A stretch of DNA of 38,876 nt from Shigella phage CT02. Positions 15,840 through 27,079 of the stretch are shown piece after piece. The notes under the pieces are model-generated. The model saw nothing but the letters and a program-made list of their open reading frames with translations. It was not told the origin of the DNA and searched no databases. The stretch's first letter is position 1. Every line of letters begins with the position of its first letter. Location of the stretch: sequence record OP917825; one strand, given 5' to 3'. A program made the translations under genes and the position numbers.

Positions 15840-15860
15840 TTAACACTCACTAAAGGGAGA
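15838..15860 (+). promoter_or_regulatory. T3-class phage RNAP promoter, variant (upstream of gene 4)
   Basis: AATTAACACTCACTAAAGGGAGA: one C to A substitution relative to the consensus. Confidence 0.55.
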
Positions 15861-15891
15861 CTTAACGGTTTCCCTTTGTTCGCACTATTGA

Positions 15892-17654
<1,763 letters not shown>

Positions 17655-17656
<2 letters not shown>

Positions 17657-17677
17657 TTAACCCTCACTAACGGGAAC
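17655..17677 (+). promoter_or_regulatory. T3-class phage RNAP promoter (phi4.3)
   Basis: AATTAACCCTCACTAACGGGAAC. Confidence 0.7.
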
Positions 17678-17705
17678 AACCATTAAACCATAGGAGACAC
17701 ACACC

Positions 17706-17918
17706 ATGTTTAAATTCATTAACACTTTAGGCAAGCTGGTAGTAAAACTGTATTTCATCGAAGCCAAGAAGCTGGACAAGCAAGCCAAAGCTGATTCACA
17801 GCGAGCCATTGAGTTGGCGAAACAGTCCCGCGAGAAATCCGATGCGGCTGTTAGTGGCATCCACAAGTCGGCAGCGATTGCAGCCAAAGCACAGTCCATG
17901 AGCAAATTCTTTGAGTAA
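17706..17918 (+). CDS. gp4.3-like small protein
   Basis: 70-aa ORF with RBS TAGGAGA; synteny. Confidence 0.55.
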   Translation: MFKFINTLGKLVVKLYFIEAKKLDKQAKADSQRAIELAKQSREKSDAAVSGIHKSAAIAAKAQSMSKFFE

Positions 17919-17930
17919 GGAGCGAACACT

Positions 17931-18215
17931 ATGAGCAAGTCAATCACTCACGCAAACACCATCCGTCTGCCAGACACCGCCGACCAGTTCTCCCGCCGAG
18001 TACACATCAATGTGCGTGGCGAGAAGGTAACGATGGTCTACCACTGGAAAGACCACAAGTCTCCGAAAGCACACACTCAACGAATGACATTGGATGACAA
18101 GCAGGTCGGTCGCTTGATGGGTGCCCTGACTATGGCTGCTGACAAGGTGGTCGGTGACAACCGTGAGCGTCTGGTAGAGTTCGGCGCTGGTATGCAAGAG
18201 ATTATCGAGAAGTGA
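17931..18215 (+). CDS. gp4.5-like small protein
   Basis: 94-aa ORF with RBS AAGGAG; synteny. Confidence 0.55.
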   Translation: MSKSITHANTIRLPDTADQFSRRVHINVRGEKVTMVYHWKDHKSPKAHTQRMTLDDKQVGRLMGALTMAADKVVGDNRERLVEFGAGMQEIIEK

Positions 18216-18217
18216 TA

Positions 18218-18250
18218 AACTCAAGGTCGCCCAAGGGTGGCCTTTATGAT
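18218..18250 (+). promoter_or_regulatory. RNase III-type processing hairpin upstream of gene 5
   Basis: AACTCAAGGTCGCCCAAGGGTGGCCTTTATGAT; conserved flank family. Confidence 0.55.
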
Positions 18251-18282
18251 TATCATTTAATGAGAAACTATAGGAGGGCATT

Positions 18283-20397
18283 ATGCTCGTAAGTGACATT
18301 GAGGCCAACAACCTCTTAGAGAAAGTCACCAAGTTTCACTGTGGCGTTATCTATGACTACCGCGATGGTGAGTATCATAGTTATCGTCCGGGCGACTTCG
18401 GGGCGTATCTGGATGCGCTGGAAGCCGAGGTGAAGCGAGGTGGGCTTATTGTTTTCCATAACGGTCACAAGTATGACGTTCCGGCTTTAGAGAAACTCGC
18501 AAAGCTGCAACTCAATCGTGACTTCAAGTTACCCCGTGAGAATTGTATCGACACATTGGTGCTCTCGCGTTTACTTCATGCTAACCTTAAAGACACAGAC
18601 ATGGGGCTTCTTCGTTCCGGGAAACTACCCGGTCGTCGCTTCGGGTCTCACGCTCTTGAGGCATGGGGTTATCGCTTGGGCGAGATGAAAGGTGAATACA
18701 AGGACGACTTTAAGGCTATGCTGGAAGAGCAGGGCGAAGAATATGTTGAGGGTGCTGAGTGGGTTTCGTTCAACGAGCCGATGATGGCGTATAACGTTCA
18801 AGACGTTGTGGTCACTGTCAAGCTCTTAGAGAAATTCCTTACAGACCTCCACTACTTCCCTGCTGGTATGGACTTCACGAAGTACGATGCGGATTTATTC
18901 TGGCGTGAAGCTGGAGAGTCTGTGGATATTGAACATCGTGCAGCGTGGCTGTTAGCGAAGCAGGAGCGTAACGGCTTCCCGTTCAACACCAAGGCCATTG
19001 AGGAACTTTATGTAGAACTGGCAGCGAAACGCGCCGAACTTCTGCGAAAGTTAACCGAAACGTTTGGCTCGTGGTATCAACCTAAAGGTGGTAAGGAACT
19101 CTTCAAGCACCCACGGACAGGTAAGCCGCTGCCGAGTTATCCTCGCGTGGTCTATCCGAAACAGGGTGGCGTGTACAAGAAGCCTCGTAATAAGGCACAG
19201 CGCGAAGGTCTTGAACCTTGCGACTTGGACACGAGGGATTACATGGAGGGTGCTCCGTACACTCCGGTCGAGTTCGTTACGTTCAAGCCAAGTAGTCGTG
19301 ACCACATTCAGAAGAAACTACAGGAGGCCGGATGGGTTCCTGAGAAGTTCACCGAGAAGGGTGCGCCTGTGGTGGACGATGAGGTCTTGGAGCATGTACG
19401 AGTGGATGACCCTGAGAAGCAGGCGTGCATTGACTTGATTAAAGAGTACCTGATGATTCAGAAGCGAATCGGTCAGGCGGCAGAGGGTGACAAAGCGTGG
19501 TTACGTTATGTTCAAGATGATGGTAAGATTCATGGAGCCGTTAACCCTAACGGTGCAGTTACTGGTCGTGCTACTCATAGTTTCCCAAACCTTGCACAAA
19601 TACCCGGTGTTCGTTCTCCTTACGGGGAGCAGTGTCGTAGTGCTTTTGGTGCCGAACATCATTTGGATGGGATTACTGGTAAGCCGTGGGTGCAAGCGGG
19701 GATAGACGCCAGTGGCTTAGAGTTGCGCTGTCTGGCACACTTCATGGCTCGCTTCGACAACGGAGAGTATGCGAATGAGATTCTCAACGGTGACATTCAC
19801 ACCAAGAACCAGAACGCTGCGGAACTCCCAACGCGCGACAACGCCAAGACCTTCATTTACGGGTTCCTTTACGGAGCCGGAGATGAGAAGATTGGTCAGA
19901 TTGTTGGGGCAGGGAAGGAGCGCGGGAAGGAACTCAAGAAGAAATTCTTAGAGAACACCCCGGCGATTGCAGCGCTACGAGAAGCTATCCAACAGTCTCT
20001 CGTTAAGTCTTCCGCTTGGATTGGTGGTGAGCAGAAAGTCCAGTGGAAACGCCGTTGGATTAAGGGTCTGGATGGTCGCAAGGTTCACGTCAGGTCTCCA
20101 CACGCAGCGCTCAACACATTGTTGCAGTCTGCTGGCGCTCTGATTTGTAAGCTGTGGATTATCAAGACCGAAGAGATGCTCATTGAGAAAGGCTTGAAGC
20201 ATGGCTGGGATGGTGACTTTGCGTACATGGCTTGGGTTCACGATGAGATTCAGGTGGCCTGCCGTACAGAGCACATCGCTCAGATTGTTATTGACACCGC
20301 GCAGGAAGCTATGCGTTGGGTCGGAGAGCATTGGGCTTTCCGTTGTCGTTTAGATACCGAGGGTAAGATGGGGCCGAATTGGGCTGTCTGCCACTAA
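18283..20397 (+). CDS. DNA polymerase (gene 5), family A with 3'-5' exonuclease
   Basis: 704-aa ORF, same length as T7 gp5; N-terminal MLVSDIEANNL... exonuclease motif; RBS TAGGAGG. Confidence 0.95.
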   Translation: MLVSDIEANNLLEKVTKFHCGVIYDYRDGEYHSYRPGDFGAYLDALEAEVKRGGLIVFHNGHKYDVPALEKLAKLQLNRDFKLPRENCIDTLVLSRLLHANLKDTDMGLLRSGKLPGRRFGSHALEAWGYRLGEMKGEYKDDFKAMLEEQGEEYVEGAEWVSFNEPMMAYNVQDVVVTVKLLEKFLTDLHYFPAGMDFTKYDADLFWREAGESVDIEHRAAWLLAKQERNGFPFNTKAIEELYVELAAKRAELLRKLTETFGSWYQPKGGKELFKHPRTGKPLPSYPRVVYPKQGGVYKKPRNKAQREGLEPCDLDTRDYMEGAPYTPVEFVTFKPSSRDHIQKKLQEAGWVPEKFTEKGAPVVDDEVLEHVRVDDPEKQACIDLIKEYLMIQKRIGQAAEGDKAWLRYVQDDGKIHGAVNPNGAVTGRATHSFPNLAQIPGVRSPYGEQCRSAFGAEHHLDGITGKPWVQAGIDASGLELRCLAHFMARFDNGEYANEILNGDIHTKNQNAAELPTRDNAKTFIYGFLYGAGDEKIGQIVGAGKERGKELKKKFLENTPAIAALREAIQQSLVKSSAWIGGEQKVQWKRRWIKGLDGRKVHVRSPHAALNTLLQSAGALICKLWIIKTEEMLIEKGLKHGWDGDFAYMAWVHDEIQVACRTEHIAQIVIDTAQEAMRWVGEHWAFRCRLDTEGKMGPNWAVCH

Positions 20398-20416
20398 TTC
20401 TATAGGAGAAATTATT

Positions 20417-20716
20417 ATGGCTATGACCAAGAAATTTAAAGTGTCATTCGACGTTACCGCTAAGATGGCATCTGACGTTCAGGCAATCTTGGAGAAAGAC
20501 ATTCTGCACCTGTGTAAGCAGGTTGGCTCAGGCGCTATTGTCCCCACTGGTAAACAGAAAGAGATGATTGTCCAGTTCCTGACGTATGGCATGGAGGGAC
20601 TGATGGCCTTCCTTGTGCGAACGTCTTTCCGTGAGGCAATCAAAGATATGCACGAAGAGTATGCCGATAAGGATAGCTTCAAGCTGTCTCCCGCTACTGT
20701 ACGGGAGGTGTTCTAA
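20417..20716 (+). CDS. gp5.5-like protein
   Basis: 99-aa ORF (T7 gp5.5 is 99 aa); RBS TAGGAGA; synteny. Confidence 0.6.
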   Translation: MAMTKKFKVSFDVTAKMASDVQAILEKDILHLCKQVGSGAIVPTGKQKEMIVQFLTYGMEGLMAFLVRTSFREAIKDMHEEYADKDSFKLSPATVREVF

Positions 20717-20925
20717 TGAGTGAATACCTGAAAGTGCTTGCAGCTATCAAAGGCTGCCCTAAGTCCTTTCAGTCGAACTATGTGCGAAACAATGCGGCTC
20801 TCGTAGCTGAGGCCGCTTCTCGTGGACACATTAGCTGTTTGACTGTGGGCGGTCGCAATGGTGGAGCATGGGAGGTCACAGCCTCTGGTGTGCGCTTCCT
20901 GAAACGAATGGGAGGTTGCGTATGA
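20716..20925 (+). CDS. gp5.7-like protein
   Basis: 69-aa ORF; TAATG-coupled to 5.5; synteny. Confidence 0.55.
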   Translation: MSEYLKVLAAIKGCPKSFQSNYVRNNAALVAEAASRGHISCLTVGGRNGGAWEVTASGVRFLKRMGGCV

Positions 20926-21104
20926 TTATGCCTAAAAGTGACACCGTAACGATGACCCGTGATGCGTGGAACGATGTTAGCGCGTACATTGATAAGCTGG
21001 AGAAAGACCTAGAGTTCCTGAATGCGCTTAAGGCGTGTGGTGTGGATAATTGGGACGGATACTCTGATGCAGTCGAAATGGTTTACGGGGAGGATGACGA
21101 ATGA
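20922..21104 (+). CDS. gp5.9-like protein (RecBCD-inhibitor family), acidic
   Basis: Internal ATG 20922 of ORF 20868..21104 after RBS GGAGG; ATGA-coupled to the 5.7 stop; acidic product like T7 gp5.9. Confidence 0.5.
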   Translation: MIMPKSDTVTMTRDAWNDVSAYIDKLEKDLEFLNALKACGVDNWDGYSDAVEMVYGEDDE

Positions 21105-22012
21105 GCCTAATCACATTGAAAGACTTCGCGGAGATGCGTGAAGGTAAGCCTATTGAGAAGGGAGTGCTGGTCATGGATGGTGACTGGTTGGTATATCAGT
21201 CAATGGCTGCTGCCGAAGTTGAGACCGATTGGGGAGACGACATTTGGACTCTTGAGTGTGACCACGCCAAGGCACGGAGCATTCTCGATTCTGCAATCGA
21301 ATCGTACCGAACCCGTAAGAAGGCTTGGAGTGACGCTATGGTTGTTCTGGCGTTTACCGATGATGTGAACTGGCGTAAGGTACTGGTTGATGAGACCTAT
21401 AAGGAGAACCGCAAGGCGACCCGTAAGCCTGTGGGCTACCGTGACTTCCTGTCTAAGCTGTGGGAGCGCGATGAGTTCATTCACATCAAAGAGGACATGC
21501 TGGAAGGCGATGACGTTATGGGCATCATTGGGTCTGGTCACGAGGTCTTCGGCTTCAAGAAGGCTGTGTTGGTCTCCTGTGACAAGGACTTCAAGACTAT
21601 CCCGGACGTTGACTTCCTGTGGTGTACCACTGGTAACATCTTGACGCAGACCAAAGAGACCGCTGATTGGTGGCATCTCTTCCAGACCATCAAGGGTGAT
21701 ATGACCGATGGATACTCTGGGATTCCCGGCTGGGGTGATACGGCAGAAGCCTTCCTGAATGACCCGTTCATTGTGGAGCCTGTAGAGTCCGTGTTGAAGT
21801 CTGGTAAGAACAAGGGGCAGACAGTAACCAAGTGGGTGAAGCGTGCTCCTGATGCGACTGAGACGCTGTGGGACTGCATTAAATCCATTGGTGCCAAAGC
21901 TGGGATGACCGAGCAGGAAATCATCAAGCAAGGCCAGATGGCTCGCATTCTTCGCTTCGAGGAATACAATTACATTGACAAGGAGATTTACTTATGGACG
22001 CCGCGAAGCTGA
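21101..22012 (+). CDS. 5'-3' exonuclease (gene 6)
   Basis: 303-aa ORF; synteny and size match T3/T7 gp6; RBS GGGGAGGA. Confidence 0.9.
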   Translation: MSLITLKDFAEMREGKPIEKGVLVMDGDWLVYQSMAAAEVETDWGDDIWTLECDHAKARSILDSAIESYRTRKKAWSDAMVVLAFTDDVNWRKVLVDETYKENRKATRKPVGYRDFLSKLWERDEFIHIKEDMLEGDDVMGIIGSGHEVFGFKKAVLVSCDKDFKTIPDVDFLWCTTGNILTQTKETADWWHLFQTIKGDMTDGYSGIPGWGDTAEAFLNDPFIVEPVESVLKSGKNKGQTVTKWVKRAPDATETLWDCIKSIGAKAGMTEQEIIKQGQMARILRFEEYNYIDKEIYLWTPRS

Positions 22013-22107
22013 TTACTATCGCTGTGCTGGTAGGTATGCTGGCGCGAGGTCTCTGGATGTTAGCTCTCATAGTCCGAGACGTGAAGCGAGACTCCGAGAT
22101 TAAGTGA
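21994..22107 (+). CDS. gp6.3-like peptide (37 aa)
   Basis: ATG 21994 after RBS AGGAG, overlapping the gene 6 end; 37 aa equals the T7 gp6.3 length; hydrophobic. Confidence 0.45.
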   Translation: MDAAKLITIAVLVGMLARGLWMLALIVRDVKRDSEIK

Positions 22108-22109
22108 TA

Positions 22110-22166
22110 AACTCAAGGCTCTCTACAATTAACCCTCACTAAAGGGAAGAGGGAGCCTTTATGATT
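22110..22166 (+). promoter_or_regulatory. RNase III-type hairpin enclosing a phage promoter
   Basis: AACTCAAGGCTCTC ... GAGGGAGCCTTTATGAT arms flank the promoter at 22127..22149. Confidence 0.5.
22127..22149 (+). promoter_or_regulatory. T3-class phage RNAP promoter (phi6.5)
   Basis: AATTAACCCTCACTAAAGGGAAG. Confidence 0.7.
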
Positions 22167-22200
22167 ATTACTTTAAGACTTAACCTTAAGAGGTGAAATT

Positions 22201-22446
22201 ATGTTACAACCAATTAATCATGTTTTAACTCATCCCGATGATATTCCTAGTATGCCTCGTGCAGCTAAAGAGTATCTACAGGTGCGCTTCAATCAGGCTT
22301 ATGTGATGGAGTCTGGGGAGTACCGTGCGCTACGCGCTGCTGGATACTCTGAGTCTTTCATTGCGGGTGTGTTGCATGGTCTGTACCTTGCCTCTCGAAC
22401 ACTTGATGAGATTGAGGTGCGTAAAGAGCAACTGAGACAGGAGTAA
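22201..22446 (+). CDS. gp6.5-like protein
   Basis: 81-aa ORF with RBS AAGAGGTG; synteny. Confidence 0.55.
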   Translation: MLQPINHVLTHPDDIPSMPRAAKEYLQVRFNQAYVMESGEYRALRAAGYSESFIAGVLHGLYLASRTLDEIEVRKEQLRQE

Positions 22447-22450
22447 TTAT

Positions 22451-22702
22451 ATGTGCTGGAAACCGAAGGTGAAAGTCCCTAAGATGGACACTAACCAGAT
22501 TCGCGCTGCCGAACCAGCACCTTTGACTGAACCACCGAAATCTGTGGTATGGGGAGGAGATGACGATGAGGACACCAGCGTGTCTTCCTCTGAGGTTCCA
22601 ACCACACAGAGCAGCGGTAAAAGCAGTCTTAAGGTAAAGCTGGATGACAGCGCAGCCAAGAACAAGAGTAAATCCTCCATTCGCTCCAAAGCGTTTGGGT
22701 AA
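22451..22702 (+). CDS. gp6.7-like virion protein
   Basis: 83-aa ORF with RBS AGGAG; synteny. Confidence 0.55.
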   Translation: MCWKPKVKVPKMDTNQIRAAEPAPLTEPPKSVVWGGDDDEDTSVSSSEVPTTQSSGKSSLKVKLDDSAAKNKSKSSIRSKAFG

Positions 22703-22728
22703 CTGTGGCATAACATAGGGGACACATT

Positions 22729-23043
22729 ATGGGATTCTTCAAGAAAATCAAGAAAGCTGTTAAGAAAGTAGTTAAGGAAGTTGGCAAACCGATCGAGAAG
22801 GCCGGTAAGGAAGTCGGTAAAGCCGTTGGAGGCACGCTGGGTGCAGGTAAGCAGGAGATTATCCAACAAGAGGCTCCTGCACCAGTAGTCGCTGCACCGC
22901 CACCAGCACAGGTTGTAGATGTACCGGAACAGGATAAGGCTGAGGGTGAGGCGCAAACCGAAAGCGCACGTAAGAAAGCACGCTCTGGCGGTAAGAAGGC
23001 ACTTAGCGTAGCTCGCAGTTCCGGCGGTGGAATCAATATCTGA
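22729..23043 (+). CDS. gp7.3-like tail-associated / host-range protein
   Basis: 104-aa Lys- and Ala-rich ORF (MGFFKKIKKAVKK...); synteny. Confidence 0.6.
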   Translation: MGFFKKIKKAVKKVVKEVGKPIEKAGKEVGKAVGGTLGAGKQEIIQQEAPAPVVAAPPPAQVVDVPEQDKAEGEAQTESARKKARSGGKKALSVARSSGGGINI

Positions 23044-23053
23044 GGAGGACTGA

Positions 23054-24661
23054 ATGGCTGATTCTAAACGTACAGGATTGGGCGAAGACGGTGCTAAAGC
23101 TACCTATGACCGCCTAACGAACGACCGTAGAGCCTATGAGACTCGTGCGGAAAACTGTGCGCAATACACCATTCCGTCCTTGTTCCCGAAGGAGTCCGAT
23201 AACGAATCTACCGACTACACGACTCCGTGGCAGGCTGTAGGTGCGCGTGGTCTTAACAATCTGGCCTCTAAGTTAATGCTTGCGTTATTCCCGATGCAGT
23301 CGTGGATGAAGCTGACCATTAGCGAATATGAGGCGAAGCAGCTTGTTGGAGACCCTGCTGGACTCGCTAAGGTGGACGAAGGTCTGTCTATGGTTGAGCG
23401 TATTATCATGAATTATATCGAATCCAACAGTTACCGTGTAACACTCTTTGAGTGCCTCAAGCAGTTGATCGTGGCAGGTAACGCACTGCTTTACTTACCG
23501 GAACCCGAAGGCAGCTACAATCCGATGAAGCTGTACCGATTGTCTTCTTATGTTGTCCAAAGAGACGCATACGGCAATGTGTTACAGATTGTCACTCGTG
23601 ACCAGATAGCCTTTGGTGCTCTCCCGGAAGACGTTCGGTCTGCGGTAGAGAAAGCTGGTGGTGAGAAGAAGATGGACGAAATGGTCGATGTGTACACCCA
23701 TGTGTATCTCGATGAAGAGTCCGGCGATTACCTCAAGTACGAGGAAGTAGAGGACGTTGAGATTGATGGCTCCGATGCCACCTATCCGACTGACGCTATG
23801 CCCTACATTCCGGTTCGCATGGTTCGCATTGATGGCGAGTCTTACGGTCGCTCCTACTGTGAAGAATACTTAGGTGACTTAAGGTCTCTTGAGAATCTCC
23901 AAGAGGCTATCGTTAAGATGAGCATGATTAGCGCTAAGGTCATCGGTCTGGTTAACCCGGCTGGCATTACGCAGCCCCGTAGATTAACCAAAGCTCAGAC
24001 TGGTGACTTCGTTCCCGGTCGTCGAGAAGACATTGACTTCCTTCAACTGGAGAAGCAAGCTGACTTTACCGTAGCGAAAGCTGTGAGTGACCAGATAGAA
24101 GCACGCTTATCGTATGCCTTTATGTTGAACTCTGCGGTACAGCGCACAGGTGAACGTGTGACCGCCGAAGAGATTCGATACGTTGCGTCAGAACTGGAAG
24201 ATACGCTTGGTGGTGTCTATTCGATTCTGTCTCAAGAACTGCAATTGCCTCTGGTTCGTGTGCTCTTGAAGCAACTCCAAGCAACCTCGCAGATTCCTGA
24301 GCTACCGAAAGAAGCCGTTGAGCCTACTATCAGTACAGGTCTGGAAGCAATCGGGCGCGGTCAAGACCTCGATAAGCTGGAGCGCTGTATCTCCGCTTGG
24401 GCTGCTCTGGCTCCTATGCAGGGAGACCCGGACATTAACCTTGCTGTCATTAAGCTGCGCATTGCTAACGCCATTGGAATTGATACTTCTGGTATCCTAC
24501 TGACGGACGAGCAGAAGCAAGCACTGATGATGCAGGATGCGGCCCAAACAGGTATCGATAACGCTGCCGCCACTGGTGGGGCTGGTGTGGGTGCTCTAGC
24601 GACCTCAAGTCCAGAAGCTATGCAGGGTGCAGCGGCGCAGGCTGGCCTAGACGCCACCTAA
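23054..24661 (+). CDS. Portal (head-tail connector) protein (gene 8)
   Basis: 535-aa ORF; RBS GAGGAGG; synteny and size. Confidence 0.95.
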   Translation: MADSKRTGLGEDGAKATYDRLTNDRRAYETRAENCAQYTIPSLFPKESDNESTDYTTPWQAVGARGLNNLASKLMLALFPMQSWMKLTISEYEAKQLVGDPAGLAKVDEGLSMVERIIMNYIESNSYRVTLFECLKQLIVAGNALLYLPEPEGSYNPMKLYRLSSYVVQRDAYGNVLQIVTRDQIAFGALPEDVRSAVEKAGGEKKMDEMVDVYTHVYLDEESGDYLKYEEVEDVEIDGSDATYPTDAMPYIPVRMVRIDGESYGRSYCEEYLGDLRSLENLQEAIVKMSMISAKVIGLVNPAGITQPRRLTKAQTGDFVPGRREDIDFLQLEKQADFTVAKAVSDQIEARLSYAFMLNSAVQRTGERVTAEEIRYVASELEDTLGGVYSILSQELQLPLVRVLLKQLQATSQIPELPKEAVEPTISTGLEAIGRGQDLDKLERCISAWAALAPMQGDPDINLAVIKLRIANAIGIDTSGILLTDEQKQALMMQDAAQTGIDNAAATGGAGVGALATSSPEAMQGAAAQAGLDAT

Positions 24662-24681
24662 TAACCCTCACTAAAGGGAGA
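24659..24681 (+). promoter_or_regulatory. T3-class phage RNAP promoter (phi9)
   Basis: TAATAACCCTCACTAAAGGGAGA overlapping the gene 8 stop. Confidence 0.7.
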
Positions 24682-24762
24682 CCTCATCTTTGAAGTGAGC
24701 GATGACTAAAGGTTGGAGTCCTTTGGTTTCCCTTTATATTTAACAACTTAGGAGATTTAACA

Positions 24763-25695
24763 ATGGCTGAATCTAATGCAGACGTTTATGCGTCCTTCGG
24801 TGTGAACAACGCGGTAATGACCGGAAGTACACCTACTGAACACGAACAGAATATGCTGAGTCTCGATGTTGCTGCCCGTGATGGCGATGATGCAATCGTA
24901 CTTAGCGAGGAACCGAGTTCCCATAACGATGACCCTTATGCGGCTGGTGTAGACCCGTTCGCTGATGGTGAAGACGATGAGGGCCGCATTCAGGTTCGTA
25001 TCAGTGAAGATGGTAATGAAGCCGAGTTCGACACTGGTAGCGATAATGCTGAGGTGGAGACCGAAGGTGAAGCCGATGAGTTCGAGCCGCTGGGCGACAC
25101 TCCAGAAGAACTGAGCCAAGTGACTGAACAATTAGGTCAGCACGAAGAAGGCTTTCAGGCGATGGTCGAGCAGGCAGTTGAGCGCGGACTGAGCGCAGAC
25201 TCTGTGACTCGCATCTACGAAGAGTACGAAGCTGATGGTATCTCTGAGAAATCCTACTCGGAACTCGAAGCTGCTGGCTATAGTCGTGCCTTTGTGGACT
25301 CCTACATCTCCGGTCAGGAAGCCCTTGTAGACCAGTACGTCAATCAGGTAGTCGCCTTTGCTGGTGGTAAGGAGCGCTTTAGCGCAATCCATACGCACCT
25401 TGAAGCAACAAACCCGGCTGCGGCTGAGTCCCTTGAGACTGCCATGATGAACCGAGACTTGGCGACTGTCAAAGCAATTATCAATCTGGCTGGTGAGAGT
25501 TACACGAAGAAATTCGGTAAGCCCGCCAACCGTAGTGTTACCAAGCGTGCTACTCCGGTTAAACCTGTAGCTCGCCAGAAAGAGGGCTTTACGAATCAGG
25601 CTGAGATGATTAAAGCTATGAGTGACCCGCGTTACCGTAGCGATGCTGCCTACCGTCAAATGGTAGAACAGAAGGTTATCGACTCCAGTTTCTAA
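24763..25695 (+). CDS. Capsid assembly (scaffolding) protein (gene 9)
   Basis: 310-aa highly acidic ORF; RBS TAGGAGA; synteny. Confidence 0.85.
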   Translation: MAESNADVYASFGVNNAVMTGSTPTEHEQNMLSLDVAARDGDDAIVLSEEPSSHNDDPYAAGVDPFADGEDDEGRIQVRISEDGNEAEFDTGSDNAEVETEGEADEFEPLGDTPEELSQVTEQLGQHEEGFQAMVEQAVERGLSADSVTRIYEEYEADGISEKSYSELEAAGYSRAFVDSYISGQEALVDQYVNQVVAFAGGKERFSAIHTHLEATNPAAAESLETAMMNRDLATVKAIINLAGESYTKKFGKPANRSVTKRATPVKPVARQKEGFTNQAEMIKAMSDPRYRSDAAYRQMVEQKVIDSSF

Positions 25696-25716
25696 TTAAC
25701 CCTCACTAAAGGGAGA
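25694..25716 (+). promoter_or_regulatory. T3-class phage RNAP promoter (phi10), exact consensus
   Basis: AATTAACCCTCACTAAAGGGAGA. Confidence 0.8.
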
Positions 25717-25851
25717 GACCATAGATGACTACAATGGTTGAATCACCTGAGCACAGAACTTTGTGGTCGCTCCCGTAGGTGAAACATTGAGAACCAACTC
25801 GATTCAAGTAGTAACCAAACTTTTCTTTAAATTAACATAAGGAGATTCAAC

Positions 25852-26892
25852 ATGGCTAACAATCAAGGCGGACAGCAAATTGGTACTAATCAGGGTAAGG
25901 GTCAGTCCGCAGCGGACAAATTGGCGCTGTTCCTGAAAGTGTTCGGCGGTGAAGTCCTGACGGCTTTCGCTCGCACCTCCGTGACCATGCCTCGTCACAT
26001 GCTGCGCTCTATTGCTTCTGGTAAGTCCGCACAGTTCCCTGTGATTGGTCGCACCAAAGCTGCTTACCTGAAACCGGGTGAGAACCTCGATGACAAACGT
26101 AAGGATATCAAACACACCGAGAAGGTAATCCACATTGATGGCCTGCTGACTGCGGACGTTCTGATTTACGACATTGAGGACGCGATGAACCACTACGACG
26201 TTCGCGCTGAGTACACCGCACAGTTGGGTGAATCTCTGGCGATGGCGGCTGACGGTGCTGTACTGGCTGAACTGGCTGGTCTGGTTAACCTGCCTGACGC
26301 ATCCAATGAGAACATCGAGGGTCTCGGTAAGCCTACCGTACTGACTCTGGTTAAGCCGAAAGCTGGCGACCTGACTGACCCGGTTGAGCTGGGTAAAGCA
26401 ATTATTGCTCAGTTAACTATCGCGCGTGCGGCGCTGACCAAGAACTACGTTCCGGCTGCTGACCGTACTTTCTACACCACTCCTGATAACTACTCCGCGA
26501 TTCTGGCTGCTCTGATGCCGAACGCTGCAAACTATCAGGCACTGCTTGACCCTGAGCGTGGTACTATCCGTAACGTGATGGGCTTCGAAGTGGTTGAGGT
26601 TCCGCACCTGACCGCTGGTGGCGCTGGTGATACCCGTGAGGATGCCCCGGCTGACCAGAAGCACGCTTTCCCAGCGACTTCCAGCACTACCGTTAAGGTT
26701 GCTCTGGATAACGTTGTGGGCCTGTTCCAGCACCGCTCTGCGGTTGGTACGGTCAAGCTGAAAGACTTGGCTCTGGAGCGCGCTCGTCGTGCGAACTATC
26801 AGGCTGACCAGATTATCGCTAAGTACGCGATGGGTCACGGCGGTCTGCGTCCAGAAGCTGCTGGTGCAATCGTGATGCCTGCTGCAAAGTAA
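25852..26892 (+). CDS. Major capsid protein 10A
   Basis: 346-aa ORF; RBS AAGGAGA; followed by the Tphi-like terminator. Confidence 0.95.
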   Translation: MANNQGGQQIGTNQGKGQSAADKLALFLKVFGGEVLTAFARTSVTMPRHMLRSIASGKSAQFPVIGRTKAAYLKPGENLDDKRKDIKHTEKVIHIDGLLTADVLIYDIEDAMNHYDVRAEYTAQLGESLAMAADGAVLAELAGLVNLPDASNENIEGLGKPTVLTLVKPKAGDLTDPVELGKAIIAQLTIARAALTKNYVPAADRTFYTTPDNYSAILAALMPNAANYQALLDPERGTIRNVMGFEVVEVPHLTAGGAGDTREDAPADQKHAFPATSSTTVKVALDNVVGLFQHRSAVGTVKLKDLALERARRANYQADQIIAKYAMGHGGLRPEAAGAIVMPAAK

Positions 26893-26999
26893 TCAGCGGT
26901 GCGGACGAAGTGGCAAGCTCTAACGATGAGTTAACGCCTGCACAGAAAGCCGCTATCACGAGGGCGCGTAACAAGGCTCTCAAAGAGGCCACTGAGTAA
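26892..26999 (+). CDS. Putative -1 frameshift extension giving minor capsid protein 10B
   Basis: Open -1 frame continues 35 codons past the 10A stop (VISGADEVASSNDELTPAQKAAITRARNKALKEATE); 10A ends A AAG UAA, a possible shifty stop. Confidence 0.4.
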   Translation: MSGADEVASSNDELTPAQKAAITRARNKALKEATE

Positions 27000-27008
27000 A
27001 CCTAGCAA

Positions 27009-27048
27009 ACCCCTTGGGTTCCCTCTTTGGGAGTCTGAGGGGTTTTTT
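27009..27048 (+). terminator. Tphi-like transcription terminator for phage RNAP
   Basis: AACCCCTTGGGTTCCCTCTTTGGGAGTCTGAGGGGTTTTTTG: GC-rich hairpin plus T-run, resembling recalled T7 Tphi. Confidence 0.7.
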
Positions 27049-27049
27049 G

Positions 27050-27072
27050 CTTTAACCCTCACTAACAGGAGG
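27050..27072 (+). promoter_or_regulatory. T3-class phage RNAP promoter (phi11)
   Basis: CTTTAACCCTCACTAACAGGAGG. Confidence 0.65.
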
Positions 27073-27079
27073 TAACATC

